Positions 62,676 to 64,000 of a DNA stretch of 64,000 bases are shown piece by piece. The notes below the pieces were generated by a model. It was not told the DNA's origin. It ran no database searches and worked only from the letters and a program-made list of their open reading frames with translations. The translations under genes and the position numbers were made by a program. How positions within the stretch are numbered: position 1 is the stretch's first letter; every line of letters starts with the position of its first letter. This stretch comes from Phoronis australis (taxonomy: Eukaryota; Animalia; Phoronida), in the NCBI GenBank assembly GCA_002633005.1, contig NMRA01000058.1, forward strand, positions 473,585 through 537,584. Direction: 5' to 3'.

Positions 62676-63787
62676 CTAGACAGAAGCTTTGGCCCCCTTT
62701 CTGCTTTTTCCCCTAGCTCCAAAAAGCACACGCCCAGCAAAGCCGCACCAGGGACGAAAATCCATCACCCGGAGAACCTGCCAAGCGGACTCTTCGAAGG
62801 CTAGGACAATGGTAAATCCCTTAGAGGGATCTTTGTACGTTGGTTTGATGGCAGTCATTGACACCAGATGAACCTTTGTCATATCTAGGTCATCGTTGCA
62901 CTCCTTAAGGACCAACAAGAACTCATCCTTATCATAGGCAACTTCCTCCGACACATGACAGAAGGCCTTGAACACAGGAGGTTGATCGCCTGGACCCATC
63001 ACATGGTACCCTGACCTGTGAGAGTCAGGACCATCAGGAGTAAGTTCCTTACACTCAAGTTTGACCCAGTCAAGGGTAGCTGAGTTGTCACAGGCAATCG
63101 CCAGTTTGCCCTTTTCAAGTCTCACTGACTTAATATGAAACGGGACAAGGGGACTCTGAGGCTTCACAAATGCTATCTGTAGTTGGCGCTTCAGACGCTT
63201 TGCTTCGTCCTCACTTAGTGGTGGCTCACCAACCTTTTCAGCCACAGAGACACTAAGATCTTTCTTAGCCACACTAGCATAAGGTAGTTTATCCACTTTA
63301 GCCAATTTGGTGGGCGGTTTTGAGGATGTCCCAGGAATCGAGCTGTCATACTTAGGGCGCTTAACATCCTGCTGAACATCGACTTTTAGGTTTTCAAGCT
63401 TCTTCTCAGTCGTCTGGCGAGCCAGCTTTGTCTTCCGCCTAGCAACAGTAGAGAGACGGTGGGAGCTGCCATCAGGCCCAGTTGAAGTCTTTCCGCCACC
63501 ATTCGCTCCGTGAGGAGTGTCCGGGGCAGGTTTGGGGTTCGCGTCAGCAGCCGCCTTAGCCGCTTTCACAAGCTTGGCAATCTCACTTTCCACTCTCATA
63601 GAAAAGTCCAGGGATTTCCCAGAGCAAGCGTCCACAATAGAAGGTGCTTCAACTTGCCTTATAGTAACCCCTAGAGAGGAGTCTTTGAGGCGGACGTCCG
63701 TGGCCGCAAGACCACATTCGACTGCCCTGTGCGCTGGTCACTTAAACCCTGACGAGAGTGGGTTATTGGTTTTTGCTGTGGATCCAT
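62676..63787 (-). pseudogene. LINE ORF1 (gag-like, DUF4780-type as in LOA/R1 elements)
   Basis: 319-aa open frame directly upstream of ORF2 with YASVAKK, LAIACDNSATLDWVK and C-terminal FRPWCGFAGRVLF; probable start ATG at 63787 needs a frameshift. Confidence 0.7.
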
Positions 63788-64000
63788 GTAGCAAGTATAG
63801 GTTATAATTCAGGTCTGCATCCGCATTCACCCTATCCATAGGGTGGCAAAAAGGCCCAGCCAAAGGCTTTCCTGCATCCGCAAACCTAAAGGACCTGACA
63901 CTGGTTTCAACAGCTCCCTCCCCTGGTTCCTCCAAGCGAGCATATGACCCCCAGCGAAAGGGCTTTTGCTGCAAATGGACTACCCAGGTTCGGTATGTCT

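Overview
This is AT-rich eukaryotic (animal, probably marine invertebrate) genomic DNA, mostly transposon-derived; no prokaryotic genes, rRNA/tRNA genes or CRISPR arrays were found. Four small minus-strand coding exons (49, 57, 127 and 90 nt at about 46.5, 35.8, 17.8 and 8.2 kb) lie among the repeats. They splice in frame into a coiled-coil N-terminus that aligns without gaps to my recollection of vertebrate SIX6OS1/C14orf39, a synaptonemal-complex central element protein. The ORF track misses this gene. Its introns and upstream region contain: a Mag-like Gypsy element with 80-bp LTRs, nested in a Ngaro/DIRS relic and itself carrying a CACTA-like element that holds a solo LTR and a Kolobok copy; three TTAA-flanked Kolobok-type elements with a decayed KolX/P2X7-ballast-like domain; hAT-like elements with 5-bp TSDs; a Sola3-like transposase fossil; Helentron-type non-autonomous elements; several MITEs; an L1/Tx1 fragment; and a decayed LOA/R1-like LINE. 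There is one assembly gap (47720-48371). Family assignments come from remembered motifs, not database searches.
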